Position numbers and translations under genes: made by a program | Notes under the pieces: model-generated | What the model was told of the DNA's origin: nothing | The model's database searches: none | Seen by the model: the letters and a program-made list of their open reading frames with translations, nothing else | Shown: positions 12,900 through 25,334 of the stretch, in pieces | Layout of the letters: each line of letters opens with the position of its first letter | Position numbering within the stretch: position 1 is the stretch's first letter | Origin: Gracilinanus agilis | Taxonomy: Eukaryota | DNA: 64,000 nucleotides | Direction: 5' to 3' | NCBI RefSeq assembly: GCF_016433145.1 | Contig: NC_058133.1 | Span: forward strand, 398,457,195-398,521,194

Positions 12900-14000
12900 C
12901 TAGGATAGATGTTGGAATGGGAACTTGAAATTCACACCATCAAGACCCTAATTGAAGCTTTCTACTTTGGTTGAGGCTAATGTAACTGGGGTTCTGTTTA
13001 TTGTTCATTGATTATATAGAGGAATTTGTCTTAGTAGAACAAAATGCATTTTTGAAGGTTTTCTTCAAAGAAGCTGTCTCCTATTCTTACAACAAAATTA
13101 TTGGAGATTGTGACAGATGTGACTATACAGAAAATTGTTAAATGATTCAATGGGTTTTCTATTAATGGAGAGGTAAAGTCAGAAGAATACTCAAGATGCT
13201 TGCTAGTTTCATGGAAGAAACCCTACAAATGTTCTAAACAAGAGTAGCCACTATTGATGTTAAAGTTATTCAGTCATTCTTCTTTGAAGCTTTCATGTTG
13301 GTTTAATGGAGCCCTGAGACACTATAGAGTCTCATTAGAGAAATCTGCAATATTTTGCAAGATATTTTATTAAATCCACAAGAGGTTAAATCAAAGTAGA
13401 TTAAAAACTTAACTAGTTAGGTAGCCTGTCAGTTCAATGCATTAATGTGGACAGTATTTACAAGTTCTATAGATAGATTGGCTTAGAAGGTTGAACTCAG
13501 AATTGCAGAAGAGGAGGAGGTCCACGCTTAATTCATTTGGGAAATTTCATGATGTTTCTGATTATCTTTAATTGTCTACTAACACAATCTTTTTTAAGAG
13601 CCATTTTTTGGTGATGCTATTATTCCTACTTATAATGGAACTAGCATAAATTTGAAATCTAAAAGGCAATAAAAATGAATAATAGGCATCTACAATTTGT
13701 AACATAATGATGCTTTACCCACGAAATAGTATAGAATGCATTGTTAAAGATGCATAACAAGAAAAGGAAGCCCATCATGTAGAAAGAGATGAAAGAGAAT
13801 AAAGAGACAATTGGAGAAATATTTTGATACCTCTAAGATAGTAAAAGGGAAGACTTCCAGGAGATTCAGTGAATTTTCTATGGAAGATTTATTTTTAAAA
13901 AATAAGTAAGAAACACAGAGAAGGAGAAGGCATGGAAGGATTGTGGTCTGGCATTGGTTGTACTCACATTGATGAAATCACAGAGCCACCAAAGCATTAG
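12900..14000 (+). mobile_element. Decayed RTE LINE 3' portion
   Basis: Degenerate RT-to-3' motifs (gcttaattcatttgggaaatttcatgatgttt; ggaagcccatcatgtag; ggaagacttccaggagattcagtgaattttctatgg). Confidence 0.45.
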
Positions 14001-15889
14001 TTCCTTTAAATATTTCCTTTCTTTTCTGGTCAGATTTCAGGTTTGGGAGTTAATTAAATGCCCTTAGCCCATGGCAAGAAGTAACAGGCAGCTGGTAGCA
14101 TGCTGATGGCATTTCCCATAGGGTTAAAAGTTCATTATGGAACAGGTGGAAGTATAAATTAGGGGGTGATAAGCATTTGGATCAGAGTAGAAGAGTGAGT
14201 GCTTTTTCTCTTCTATCCTACTCCTGCCAGGGGCAAGCAACAGGCTACTTCTCTAATTTGAGTCCTTCTCTACTTACTTAAAGAAACCTCTTTTGGGAGC
14301 AGAGTTGCATTTTAAAGCTCCAGAAAGGTGATGGTGGTGGAAGGCAAGTCTAGCTAAACCTGTAAAATCCATCTCAGGAAGGCTATCCTGATATATAACA
14401 TATATATTCATATAGAATTGAAGACATCCTTGATTCTCGTGTCCAAACATACATTGATTTCTTTGGAGTGGGAGATGGGAAGGAAAATACACAGGGAATA
14501 TGGCACATAGTTTATAGATTGGGTGGGTAGAAAGTTGCACAGAGAGTACACAAATTGTGTGATGGCCAAAATTCCTACTAAGGTTAGGTTGTTTATCACC
14601 AAGAAGGAAGTATCTTTGCCCACAGTTTCGATTTGTCACATTCAGATGAAGATAGATAAAGTAAAAGTCTAAGTCAGTGGAGCTTGTCTTCTGTGGCTTG
14701 TCTCCTCGCTGGTAACATTTACGCATCAGGATTTCTACCTCCTCCCATCTTTCCAGTAGTCAGGACTTTCCAGCTACCTAGAGTGCCTATAACTGTAAAG
14801 ATTTGTTATCAATGTGTATAATCTGAGAAAACTGAATCTCACTAGTGTGTTATCTCTCTCCAGATTTTGCATTTTAAAATCTTTCACCTCTTAATTCTGA
14901 CAATGGGATTCTCTACCTTTTGTTAAATGAATTCCTGGCCATAACATGGGAAAGACAATGTCTTCTCTTTTTGACATCTGAGTATTTTGAAATTACCAGT
15001 GTCAGAGGGCAACTTCTGAAAATTTTTGCATGCAGAAGCCTTGCATTTCAACCTGGCTACAGCCATCCTTTTTCTTAGGCTGATCCCCAAGGAGAATCTG
15101 GCTGAACACATAAAATCCATTTCAGGAAGACTATTCTGATTTTTAACATTTCAGCATTAACCTATATAAGAAGAGTTGTATGAATTACATTGTGATATGT
15201 TATACTGAAAGGGAGATGAGACCTTGTGCATGCTACAGCTAATGATTGCTTGTCTGTATCGTTCCCACTAGCATTTCCTGCCTGGAGTAGCAGGTTGAGA
15301 TCTCTGGCTGTCACCAAAATTAAACAAAATAAATCATGGATTGCAAAATTAAAAACAATAACCCAATTTTATGGCTGCTTCTTTCACTCAGACTGGAAGG
15401 GAATTAAGGATGATGGCCTTGGCTGAACCAAGTTTAGCTACTGCTGAGGCCAAATTCTCTGTCTCATCATGGATTTCTGTCTCTTTGCTTCAAGTGAGGA
15501 GGAAAAAAAATGGAGAAATGACCTTGGATCCTACCACAGCAAAGACTTTAAAGCTCGGAATTTCTTAGTTTAATTGTTCAATAAAATAACATTTAAACAA
15601 TTCTTTTGACAAAATTAGCACTGAATTTCAACTCGAATTTTCTTAAGATAATGAATAGACAAAGGATTTAGAATTTTCACTTGTATTGTTAGAGGAAGGT
15701 TTGGGAGAGGGAGAGGGAAAAGGACTAGACTTTGATTTCATTAGTATAGGATACTTCCAGATGAGGAAATTGCCTCTACTAAGGCAGATCAGGACCTTTT
15801 CTGCAAATTAGTTTATTTTTTAACTTTTGAAAGGATTCTCAGAGAGTAGCTTTCACTGCTACTAAGCCATCATCTTGGGTCTGTTCTAT

Positions 15890-16082
15890 TTTTTTATTTT
15901 AAAAATTACCTTCTGTCTTAGAATTAATTCTGTGTGTTGGTTCTAAGGCAAAAGAGTGGTGAGGACTAGGCAGTGGGGGGTTAAATGACTTGTCCAGGTC
16001 ATATAGGTAGGAAGTTTCAGAGTCTAGATTTGAATCCTCTCTCTAGGTCTAGCACCCTATCAACTGTGCTATCTAGCTGCTC
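15890..16082 (-). mobile_element. SINE1_Mdo-like SINE
   Basis: ccttctgtcttagaattaat...ttggttctaaggcaaaagagtggtgaggactaggcagtgggggttaaatgacttg. Confidence 0.8.
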
Positions 16083-16224
16083 CTTGCAAATTAGTTTTAA
16101 AGAGTGACCTATAGAACTGAGAGGTTGTCAGGCAGTTGATCAACAAGCATTTATCAAACATTTATCATGTGTTAAATGCTGCTGATACAGCATATTGAGA
16201 GAGAGATATTTAGAGATAAATAAC

Positions 16225-16400
16225 AGCACAGTGGATAGGGTATTGGATTTGGAATCAGGAAGACCTGAGATCAGATCTGGCCTCAGACACTTAGAAACTT
16301 TGTGACCCTGGGTAAGTCACTTAATCTCTTTACCCAAAATTTCCTCAATGTAAAATGGGGATAATAAGTGACAACTACCTCACAGAGTTGTTGTGCTTCA
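16225..16400 (+). mobile_element. MIR
   Basis: gtggatagggtattggatttggaatcaggaagacctgag...gtgaccctgggtaagtcacttaatctc...gtaaaatggggataata. Confidence 0.75.
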
Positions 16401-18384
16401 GTTCTCATGGCCATAGCTGTTAGGTCCTCCAGACAGATCAGCATGTTGCTTTGACTGGGTCCATCACTGGACTGACTGGGCCTGAAGCAGAATTCCTGAG
16501 GGCAAAAACTATAGACAAACTAGAGCAACTGGGGAAGAAGATTTCTTTTCTTTTCTTTTCTTTTTAGAGATATTTTATTTTCCTAATTACATGTAATAAT
16601 AATTTTCCACAAACATTTTCTTCAGTTATAGATCCAAATTGTCTCCCACCCGGCTCTTGGAGATGGTAAGCTATTTGGGTTATATTTATATTATTATGAA
16701 AAACATATTTCCACATTGTTCATTGTTGTAAGAGAATATTCACATAAAACCAAAACTCCGAAATAAAAACACAAATAAACTATAATGAAAAATATTATGC
16801 TTTAATCTGCATTCTAACTTCAACAGTTCCTTCACTGGAGGTGGAAAGCATTCTTTGCCATAAATCCTTCAGAATTGTTCTGGATCATTGTATTGCTGAG
16901 GATAGCTAAGTCTTTCACAATTGATCATCATACAATATGTCTGTTGCTGTGCACAATGTTCTCCTGGTTCTGCTTATTTCACTCTGCATCAATTTATATA
17001 CCATAATTTGTTCACAATTCACCCAATCGATGGAGATTCCCTCAATTCCCAATTTTTTCCCACGACAAAAGAGCTGCTCTAAATATTTTTGTACAAGTAG
17101 GTTCTTACCCCTTATCTCTGATATCTTTGGTAGACAGACCTAGTAGTGGTATTACAAGATCAAAGGGTATGCACAGTTTTAGAGCCCTTTGGATATAGTT
17201 CCAAATTGCCTTCCAGAATGGTTGGATCAGTTCACAACTTGACCTGTAACAATGCATTGGTCTCCTGATTTTGCCACATCCCCTTTAACATTTATCACTG
17301 TCTTTTACTGTCATATTGGCCATTCTGATATAGGTATGGACTGGCACTCTCTAATTGAGTGAATTGAAATACTTTTTCCATATGATTATTAATAGCTTTG
17401 ATTTCTTCATCTGAAAACTGCTTGTTTATATCCTTTGATCATTTATCAATTAGGGGATGCCTTGTATTCTTACAAATTTGACTCAGTTCTCTATATATTT
17501 GAGAGATGAAACCTTTAGCAGAGAAATTTGTTATAAATCCCCTGCCCACATTTGTTCTTTCCTTTCTAATGTTGGTTACATTAGTTTTGTTTGTATAAAA
17601 CCTTTTAAAATTTAAAGTAGTCAAAATTATTCATTTTACATTTTGTAATATTTTCTTATTGGGTCATGAATCTTTTGTTGGGTCATAAATTCTTCCGTTC
17701 TCCAACGATCTGACAGGTAAATTATTTTATGTTTCTTAATTTACTTATAGTATCATCTTTTATGTCTAAACCATATATGTATTTTGACCTTTTCTCAGTA
17801 AATAGCATGAGTTATTTGTCTATATCTAATTTCTGCCATACTATTTTCCAGTTTCCCCAGCAGTTTTTATCAAATAATGAGTTCTTAATCCCAAAGTTGG
17901 GATCTTTGGGTTTATGAAACACTAAATTGCTAAGGTCATTTACTCCTGTATATTGCGTATCTAATCTATTCCATTGATCCACCATTGCATTTCTTACTCA
18001 ATACCAGATTGTTTTGATGATTATGTACTTTATAGTACAATTTGAGAGTTGATATTGATAGGCCACCTTTCTTCACATTTTTTTTCATTAATTCCCTTGA
18101 CATCCTTGATCTTTTGTTCTTCCAGTTGAATTTTGTTTTGCTTTCTTTTAGTTCTACAAAATAATTTCTTGATGGTTTGATTGGTATGGCACTAAGTAAA
18201 TTAATTTAGATATAATTGTCATTTTTATTATATTAGCTCAGGCTACCCATGAACAATTAATATTTTTCCATTTGTTTAAATCCAAATTTATTTGTGTGAA
18301 AAGTATTTGGTAATTTTGTTCATAGTATTCCTGTTTGTGTTGGCAAGTGGATGCCCAAGTATTTTATGTTGTCTAGAGTTATTT

Positions 18385-18588
18385 TACTTTTTTTTAATTC
18401 TTACCTTTTGTTTTAGAATCAATACTGGGTATTGATTCCAAGGCAGAAGAGTGGTAAGGGCTAAGCAATGGGGGTTAAGTGACTTGCCCAGAGTCACACA
18501 GCTAGGAAGTGTCTGAGACCAAATTTGAAACTAGTACCTCTCATCTCTAGGCCTGGCTCTCAATCCACTAAGCTACCAGGCTTCCCCC
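18385..18588 (-). mobile_element. SINE1_Mdo-like SINE nested in the L1
   Basis: ttagaatcaatactgggtattgattccaaggcagaagagtggtaagggctaagcaatgggggttaagtgacttgcccagagtcacacagctaggaag. Confidence 0.88.
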
Positions 18589-18767
18589 TCTAGAAATATT
18601 TTAAATAAAATTTCTCTTTCTATCTCTTGCTAGTGGACTTTGCTGGTAATAAATAGAAATGGTGATGATTTATGTGGGTTTATTTTGTATCCTGCAATGT
18701 TGCTTAAGTTATTAATTATTTCAACTAGATTTTTTAGTTGATTCTCTTAGATTCTCTGGGTAAACCA

Positions 18768-18888
18768 GGTAAAATTAAAAATTAATATCCAATACTTCAG
18801 GTATTATGTTTTCATAAGAATTTATTAATAATAACTTGAAGAAAAAGGAAAAATAGCAAAGAGTGTTTCCTGGACTGTGAAAAGTGGG

Positions 18889-18946
<58 letters not shown>

Positions 18947-19104
18947 AAGGAGGAGAGTGTGGAAGAAGAGCACAAAAAGGCAGGGTTACAGCAAACTTAC
19001 TTACAAAATGTAAGAACACTAAGTGGGGAACATAATTCAAGGAATTCTGGGAAAAGCAAAGCAATTCTGAGAACATAGTCCTGGGAAACAACATTCTAGT
19101 TACA
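18768..19104 (-). mobile_element. Probable solo LTR inserted in the L1, carrying a (GA)n tract
   Basis: Interrupts the L1 motif gggtaaacca/tcatatcatctgc; imperfect 5-bp TSD aacca (18763-18767) and cacca (19105-19109); right end gttaca; minus-strand AATAAA near 18825. Confidence 0.55.
18890..18945. repeat. (GA)n microsatellite
   Basis: Near-perfect GA run with one interruption; explains the ERERER and SLSLSL ORFs. Confidence 0.95.
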
Positions 19105-21379
19105 CACCATCATATCATCTGCAAAGAGTGATAGTTTATTTTCTACTGCCTAATTTAATTCCTTCAATTACTTTTTCTTCTCATTGCTAAAGTTAGCATT
19201 TCTAGTACAATTTTATTTAAATAGTGGTGATAATGGGCATCCTTGTTTAATCCCCAATCTTGTTGGTAAAGATTCTAACTTATCCCCATTGCAGATGATA
19301 TTTGCTAATGGTTTTAGATAGATACTACTCATCATTTTAAGGAAAGGCCCATTTATTCCTATGCCTTATAGTGTTATAGGAATGGATGCTATATTTTGTC
19401 AAATGCTTTGTATGTATTTATTGAGAAAATCATGTGACTTCTTTTAGTTTTGTTATTCATATGTCAGCTATGCTGATAGTTTTCCTAATGTTAAAATAGT
19501 CTTACCACCTGGTTATAGTGAAATCCTTGTGATATATCATTATAGCCTCTTTGCTAGTATTTTATTTGAGATTTTTGCATTAATATTCACTAAGAAAATT
19601 GGTCTCTAATTTTCTTTTTTTTTTTTGTTCTTCTTGCCTTAGGTATCAGAACCATATTTCTGTCATAATAATAATCTGGAATGACTCTTTCTTTGCCCAT
19701 TTTGCCAAATATTTTATATCGTACTAGGGTCAATTTTTCTTTAAATGTTTGATAGAATTCACTTGTGAATTTATCTAGCCCTAAGGATTTTTTTCTTAGG
19801 GAGTTCTTTGATAGCTTGTTCAATTTCTTTTTCTGAGATGGGATTATTTAAGAATTCTGTTTTCTCTTTTTTTAATATGGTCAATTTATATTTTTGTAAA
19901 TATTCATCTATTTCACATAGCTTGTCATATAATTGGGAAAAATTGCTCCTAATTATTGTTTTAGTTTCCTCTTCATTGGCAGTGAATTTACCCTTTTAAT
20001 TTTTGATACTGATAATTTTATTTTATTCTTTCCTTTTTTAAAAATCAGATTAACCAAATATCTATTTTAGTTACTTTCCTCCCATAAAACCATATCCTAG
20101 ACTTATTTATGAGTTTAATAGTTCTCTTACTTTGAATTTTATTAATTTCTCCTTTGAATTTTAGGATTTCGAATTTAGTCTTTAATTGAGTTTTTTAATT
20201 TTTTTCTTTTTTTAGTTATTTTAGTTGCATACTCAATTCATTAAACTGTTTTTATCTGTTATTGACATATGCATTCAGAGATATAACATTTCTTCTGAGT
20301 ACTGCTTTGTCTGTATCCCATAAATTTTGATATGTTGTCTTCTCAGTGTCATTTTCTTTAATGAAATTATTAATTGTTTCTATAAATTGTTCTTTGAGCT
20401 ACCCCATTTTTATAATTAGGTTATTTTTTCCAATTAATTTTTAATTTGTCTTTCTATGGACCCATATTGATTATATATTTTTTGTTGAATTATGATCCAA
20501 AAAGTATGTACTTATTATTTTGGATCTTTTGCATTTGGTGGTAAAGTTTTTATTCCCTATTACATGGTTGCTTTTTGTGTGGGTGTCATGCACTGCTGAA
20601 CAGAGGTGCATTCCTTTTTCATCCCCATTCAATTCTCTGCAGAGATCTATTAAATCTAACTTTTCTAAAATTTCATTCAGGAAGATGATTTTCTAAGGAA
20701 TATCAGAGACCAAACTGAAAAGAGTTGGAAATGATAAGTATCATTTTTTTAAACCCTTAAGTGTCTGAGGTCAGATTTGAATCTAGGACCTCCCATCTCA
20801 AGACCTGGGTCTCAATCCACTGAGCTCCCCAGCTCATTAAGTATCATTTTTGGGAAGTCTGCAACCAAGCTTATCCTTCCTTGGATGTTAACAAAATGAT
20901 GGTTTATTGAAGTCTTGCTTTGAAGCTCTGTCTTTTTATATTAGGGTTATTTGTACTGCAACTCTTCCTATGACCACAACTGTATGCATCCGAGGACCTC
21001 TCATATTTCTATCAGAGTCACATATGAATGTACAACAGAGTTGGGGTGGAGGCAGTCAATGAAATATGGATAGGAAGAAAGGAGATAAAGTGCATGCTTG
21101 TGTGTATTTCTATGCATGTGAGTGTTTGTATGTATGTGTGCATGAGAGAGAAAGAGACAGAGATAGAGAGTAAGACATAGGGATAGAGATAGATCTCCCA
21201 GAGGCCAGCGGTGTTGAGATCCCTTGAAGAAGAATAAGAATGACAAAGGTCTGAAGCATAATGTGAAATATAGCCATCTATGAAAGTAGTTCAAATTCTC
21301 CAAGAAAAACAGAGTAATGTCTTAGCTAAGCCTTGTATATCCAGGGTTTTGAACACAGTAGGAATTTAATCAATGTTTG

Positions 21380-21584
21380 NNNNNNNNNNNNNNNNNNNNN
21401 NNNNNNNNNNNNNNNNNNNNNNNNNNNNNNNNNNNNNNNNNNNNNNNNNNNNNNNNNNNNNNNNNNNNNNNNNNNNNNNNNNNNNNNNNNNNNNNNNNNN
21501 NNNNNNNNNNNNNNNNNNNNNNNNNNNNNNNNNNNNNNNNNNNNNNNNNNNNNNNNNNNNNNNNNNNNNNNNNNNNNNNNNNNN
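21380..21584. other. Assembly gap (N run)
   Basis: 205 N. Confidence 1.
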
Positions 21585-21735
21585 GTGTTGTCACTGATTA
21601 CCTGACAAAAGGATCCAGTGCAGAAGGAAATGGCAAACCGCTCTGGTATCCTTGCCAAGAAAACCCCATTCATAGCTATGGCCCATGAAATTATGACAAG
21701 TTGGATAAAACTGGATAATAACAAATGACTGGATA
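21585..21735 (+). mobile_element. RTE/MAR1-type 3' tail
   Basis: gaaggaaatggcaaaccgctctggtatccttgccaagaaaacccc is the BovB/RTE-like tail. Confidence 0.7.
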
Positions 21736-21744
21736 TATCAATGC

Positions 21745-21915
21745 CTGAGGCTAGACCTGGAGTTAGCAAGACCTGAGTTCAAATTTTTCCTTGAATCCTT
21801 ACTGTGTCCTGCTGGTGACTTGGTAAGTTATGCAACTTCTCAGTGGCTTAGTTTCCTCATCTGTAAAATGAAGGAGAGTTGGATTCATTGGAGTTCTAAT
21901 ATCTCTTACAACTCA
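21745..21915 (+). mobile_element. MIR3-like SINE
   Basis: agacctgagttcaaat...gtttcctcatctgtaaaatgaaggagagttggattca. Confidence 0.65.
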
Positions 21916-22574
21916 AAATCTGTAATCTTATGAAAATACTCTGGTAGATTGCAATATTAACAACCTTTACATGCTACAGTAAATCCCTCAATAAGATAAC
22001 AGAAACCAAAGAAGTATTTAAGGACAATAAATAGAAGAAGGACTGGGGGGAAAAAAGAGCTAAGTAAAGTAAGACCTAATTCTCTTTAGACAGTCTGTAG
22101 AACTAGGATTTATACTGTTTGTGAGTTTATAATGTCCTTTTGTTATTGTATTTCTACTCCCAACATTTCCATATTCCACTAATGAAAATCCTGATAGCAC
22201 AGTATCAAACATTTAATAAAGAAAAGGAACAATTAAAAAAAACCCTCATCCCTAAACCCAAAGTAGAATTATGTATTTTTTCTATGAATTAGTATAAAGA
22301 AGAAAGGAAAAGTATTTGTATCCTTTCACAAAATTTGTTAGGTGTCAGGAAACCCCCCAAAGCAGCAGACAGGTATAGGTACCAAGAAAAAGCAATTAAG
22401 GGTGGGAGAAGAAACTGTATTCTAGGCCTTGCCAGCAGAAAAATGGATGTCTTTCTATGAATTTCATGGAGTCACATAGCCTGATGGGAATGTCACATTT
22501 GCTACAACCCAGTTGAGTTGGTCCCTTACAATTAAAAAGTCACATAAGGGATATAAATGAACTGTCTCTCAGAA

Positions 22575-22720
22575 CATATGTACCTTGAGGACAGGGACTA
22601 TTCTTTGCCTTTCTGTGTACCCCTAGAGATTAGCAAAATGTAAGTATATCTCTAGATAACAAGTGTCTTCCTTTGTATCCTTAGATATTAGCACATAATA
22701 AGTGCTCAATGAATTATTAT
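22575..22720 (+). mobile_element. LINE-2 3' end fragments
   Basis: ccttgaggacagggactattctttgcc...ctttgtatccttagatattagcacataataagtgctcaatgaat. Confidence 0.6.
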
Positions 22721-22842
22721 TGGTTATCCTTTTTGTAAGTGAAATTGATCCTTTTGTGAGTCAAAGGTAGGTTTTATTCCCCAGGAAATGAATGGAGGTG
22801 GCAGTAAGGAGTAAAGAAGAATTGGAATAGAATGCCCTAGAG

Positions 22843-23068
22843 ATGAGATTCTTAATCTGAGGTCCATCAAACCCAAAGGGAGTCAGTGGATAGATATCTG
22901 TGAACATGGATAGCAAAACAATTACATCTTTATTTTCATTAACTTCCATTGAAGTTTAGCATTTCTTTCAATTTTGAATTAAACAAAAACAAAATGATCA
23001 GAAGAAGCCAATAGACTTCACTAAACACCCAAAGGGATCAATGACAAAAAAGAGGTTAAGAACCTTTG
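22843..23068 (+). mobile_element. hAT-Charlie (Charlie4-like) non-autonomous DNA transposon
   Basis: Left end gattcttaatctgaggtccat and right end caaagggatcaatgacaaaaaagaggttaagaacctttg match CAGGGGTTCTTAACCTG-type TIRs; internal ttacatctttattttcattaac...gaagtttagcatttc; flanks ccctagag and ttctgggg are a decayed 8-bp target site. Confidence 0.75.
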
Positions 23069-23074
23069 TTCTGG

Positions 23075-23215
23075 GGGTGTCTAGGTGGTTTAGTGAATAG
23101 CAGGCTGGATATAGCATTAGGGAGACCATGTGTTGTGACCTCCAGGAGACCAGCATTTGAATCTTACCTCAATCACTTACTATTTGCGTGATGCTGGGTA
23201 AGTCACCTAATAATA
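23075..23215 (+). mobile_element. MIR-like SINE 5' part
   Basis: ggtgtctaggtggtttagtgaatag...tttgaatcttacctcaatcacttact...gggtaagtcacctaa. Confidence 0.55.
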
Positions 23216-23269
23216 ATAGTTACACTTAATATATTACTAGTAAATTGACCCTAATTCAAGATGCATGAG

Positions 23270-23460
23270 TTCATTTATTTAATGCCTTAAGGTTTACAGA
23301 ACACTTTACAAATATTTTATCCTCACAACAACCCTAGCAGAGAGGTAGGTGCTATTATTTCTCCCATTATACCCAAGAGGGAACTGAGGCAAAGGTTGTG
23401 ACATCCCCATTGTTACACAGCAATTGAGTACATGAAGCAGGATTTTAGCTCAAGCTTTAG
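23270..23460 (-). mobile_element. MIR
   Basis: atcctcacaacaaccctagc...gtaggtgctattatttctcccattat...ggaactgaggcaaaggtt. Confidence 0.7.
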
Positions 23461-23461
23461 C

Positions 23462-23578
23462 AATAAGAGAAGAAAAAGAAATGGAAGGTATTAAAGTGGG
23501 GAAGCTAAACTACCATTCTTTGCAGATGATTTGATGATATACTTAGAGAACCCTTGAGAATCAACTAAAAAAACTAGT
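23462..23578 (+). mobile_element. Short isolated L1 reverse-transcriptase fragment
   Basis: ctttgcagatgatttgatgatatacttagagaacccttgagaatcaactaaaaaaacta reads FADDLMIYLENP*ESTKKL, matching L1 RT LFADDMIVYLENP. Confidence 0.85.
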
Positions 23579-23879
23579 CCTGCACCACCTCACTGCCTTA
23601 AGCTCTCTCATCTTAGTTTCGTCGTGTAAAATAGAGATCACAACAGCCCCTCCTTCACAGGGCTGGTTTGAGAATAAAATAAATAAATAAGTGACATATG
23701 TAAAATGCTTTGCTATTATTAATAAATGTTTGTTGGCTGATTGAATGAGACGACTCTTCTGACTAGACAACCGCAACACGGAGAAACCCTGAAGGTACCT
23801 AAAGCTGTATCTTGGCAGGGTTCTACTTGCCTAGCATCAGTTGTGGCCCCAGGAGTCCCAGAAGAATGCCAAGAGGGTT

Positions 23880-24700
23880 TTCTCTAGGGTTTCTGAGTCA
23901 ATCCCAGAGGCAGTTTTATTCCAGGATCTCCTAATAGTCACGTTCGCCAGTTTAAATCCTCCATCCCAATTGGAGCAAAACACACTCTGTAGGCTGCGGC
24001 ATTGGAGTGTGCTCCTGTTTGCAAATTCTTCTTCTGTGAGGTTAGCAAGTGAGCTGGCTAAACTATGCCAAAGGCTGCCCCATAAAACGCAGAGCAGCCC
24101 TTCCGGGGATGGGGGATGGGGACAGAATCACCCAGCCCCATCTGAACTTCATCCCGGGGAACCTTAAAGAATGGTGTCGCGCCTTTGTTTGTCATCAAGG
24201 GCTTGAGCTTGGTCCCGCACAGTTGGGCGACATCTGACCTTGAAACCTTGCTCTAAAAAGTCATTTTTCCCCCTTGCCTGCTTTGCAGTTATCTGTGCAT
24301 CAGTGAACACTTTATCATGGTAACTCTCAAGGAATGTGCAGAATGATTCTAGGAGCTTGAATGCCACAGCAGTTTCAAGTATCCTGGGCTGCTGTAAATT
24401 GCACGCTATTACTCCCTTCCAGAGTAATGTTACACTCGATATACTGCAGTAGCACTACTCACAAGTTGACACTGATTACCAGTTCGCTTCCAGTGGCAAT
24501 TCAAGGTGCAGGAGTTCATCAAGGAAGCACTCCATATCCCAGGTCCTGGCTACCCGACACTTCCCCCGACTGCTCTGATTTGCCCGTCCCCTCCCCGCCA
24601 AACACCCTGGAGAAATGTCAGGGTGCTGTTTGCATTTATATTTTAGATTTAGGGAATCAAGTTGTCTTTGACGTTATCACTTAAATATATCCTATTTTTT
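23880..24700. promoter_or_regulatory. CpG-enriched non-repeat island, candidate promoter or enhancer
   Basis: About 18 CpGs by manual count in about 740 bp within CpG-poor DNA; TGAGTCA near 23894, CCAAT/ATTGG near 23966-24005, CATAAAA near 24081, GC-box/E2F-like cccctccccgccaaa near 24588-24602. Confidence 0.4.
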
Positions 24701-25334
24701 CACTCTTATTGTATGTGTTCTCTCTTAAGAAAGGATTTCCACTCTACTCTTGCTTTTAGAAGAAAGGAGGATTCTTCAAATTCTTCCGACTTCCCCTTAG
24801 AACCTAGCACATCATAAATACTCAACAAATGCTCAATGATTGAGTAAATCATTTTATTCTTTGACATTTTCTGGTTTTTACCCCATTTGGCATGTATCTC
24901 CTCTTCCCCCCATTTGGTTGACTCAACCCTCCGATAGGGGTTTTGGATTCCATTATTTTTGGCAACTTGGCCAGGTTCCGTGGGGTGAGAGATGGTCACC
25001 ACCTTCATGGAATACCTACCCACCCAACTGAGTAATGATAAATATAGGCTATTCCCATTAGAATGTGTGACCTGGGGCTTGGGCAACTCACGGCATACTG
25101 GATAGAGGACTGGGACTGGAGTTAGAAAAATGGAAATTTAAATCCAGTCTCAGACACTTACTGCTAGCTACTGCCCCCCACCCCACCCCACCCCACTAGT
25201 CTCTCTTTCTGTTTTTGCCTCTGTCTTCCTGTCTCTCTGTGTGTTTCTTTCTCTCTCTTTCACTATCTCTTTGTGTCTTTGCTCTGTCTCTCATCCTGAA
25301 CTTGGCTTATTTCTAAATCTCCCTTAGATGATAA

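Larger units (their letters stand above)
16555..20680 (-). mobile_element. Large 5'-truncated marsupial LINE-1 (3' UTR plus much of ORF2), decayed, with nested SINE and LTR
   Basis: Continuous antisense L1 ORF2 motifs, e.g. catcatatcatctgcaaagagtg (reverse of the LFADD motif) and aattcacttgtgaatttatctagccct; ORF track 19590-19823 resembles L1 ORF2 ([21 protein letters not shown]). Confidence 0.9.

Noticed and set aside
14274-14726. 150-aa minus-strand ORF as a standalone gene
   Set aside because: No recognisable domain and it overlaps another ORF in a different frame; only the duplicated module is retained as a finding
18775-19094. ORFs with ERERER or SLSLSL runs (also 25606-25863 and 21001-21303)
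   Set aside because: Translations of GA/CT microsatellites within LTR-like repeats
21326-21769. ORFs spanning the N gaps (also 36568-36877 and 56738-56987)
   Set aside because: Open only because N codons contain no stops
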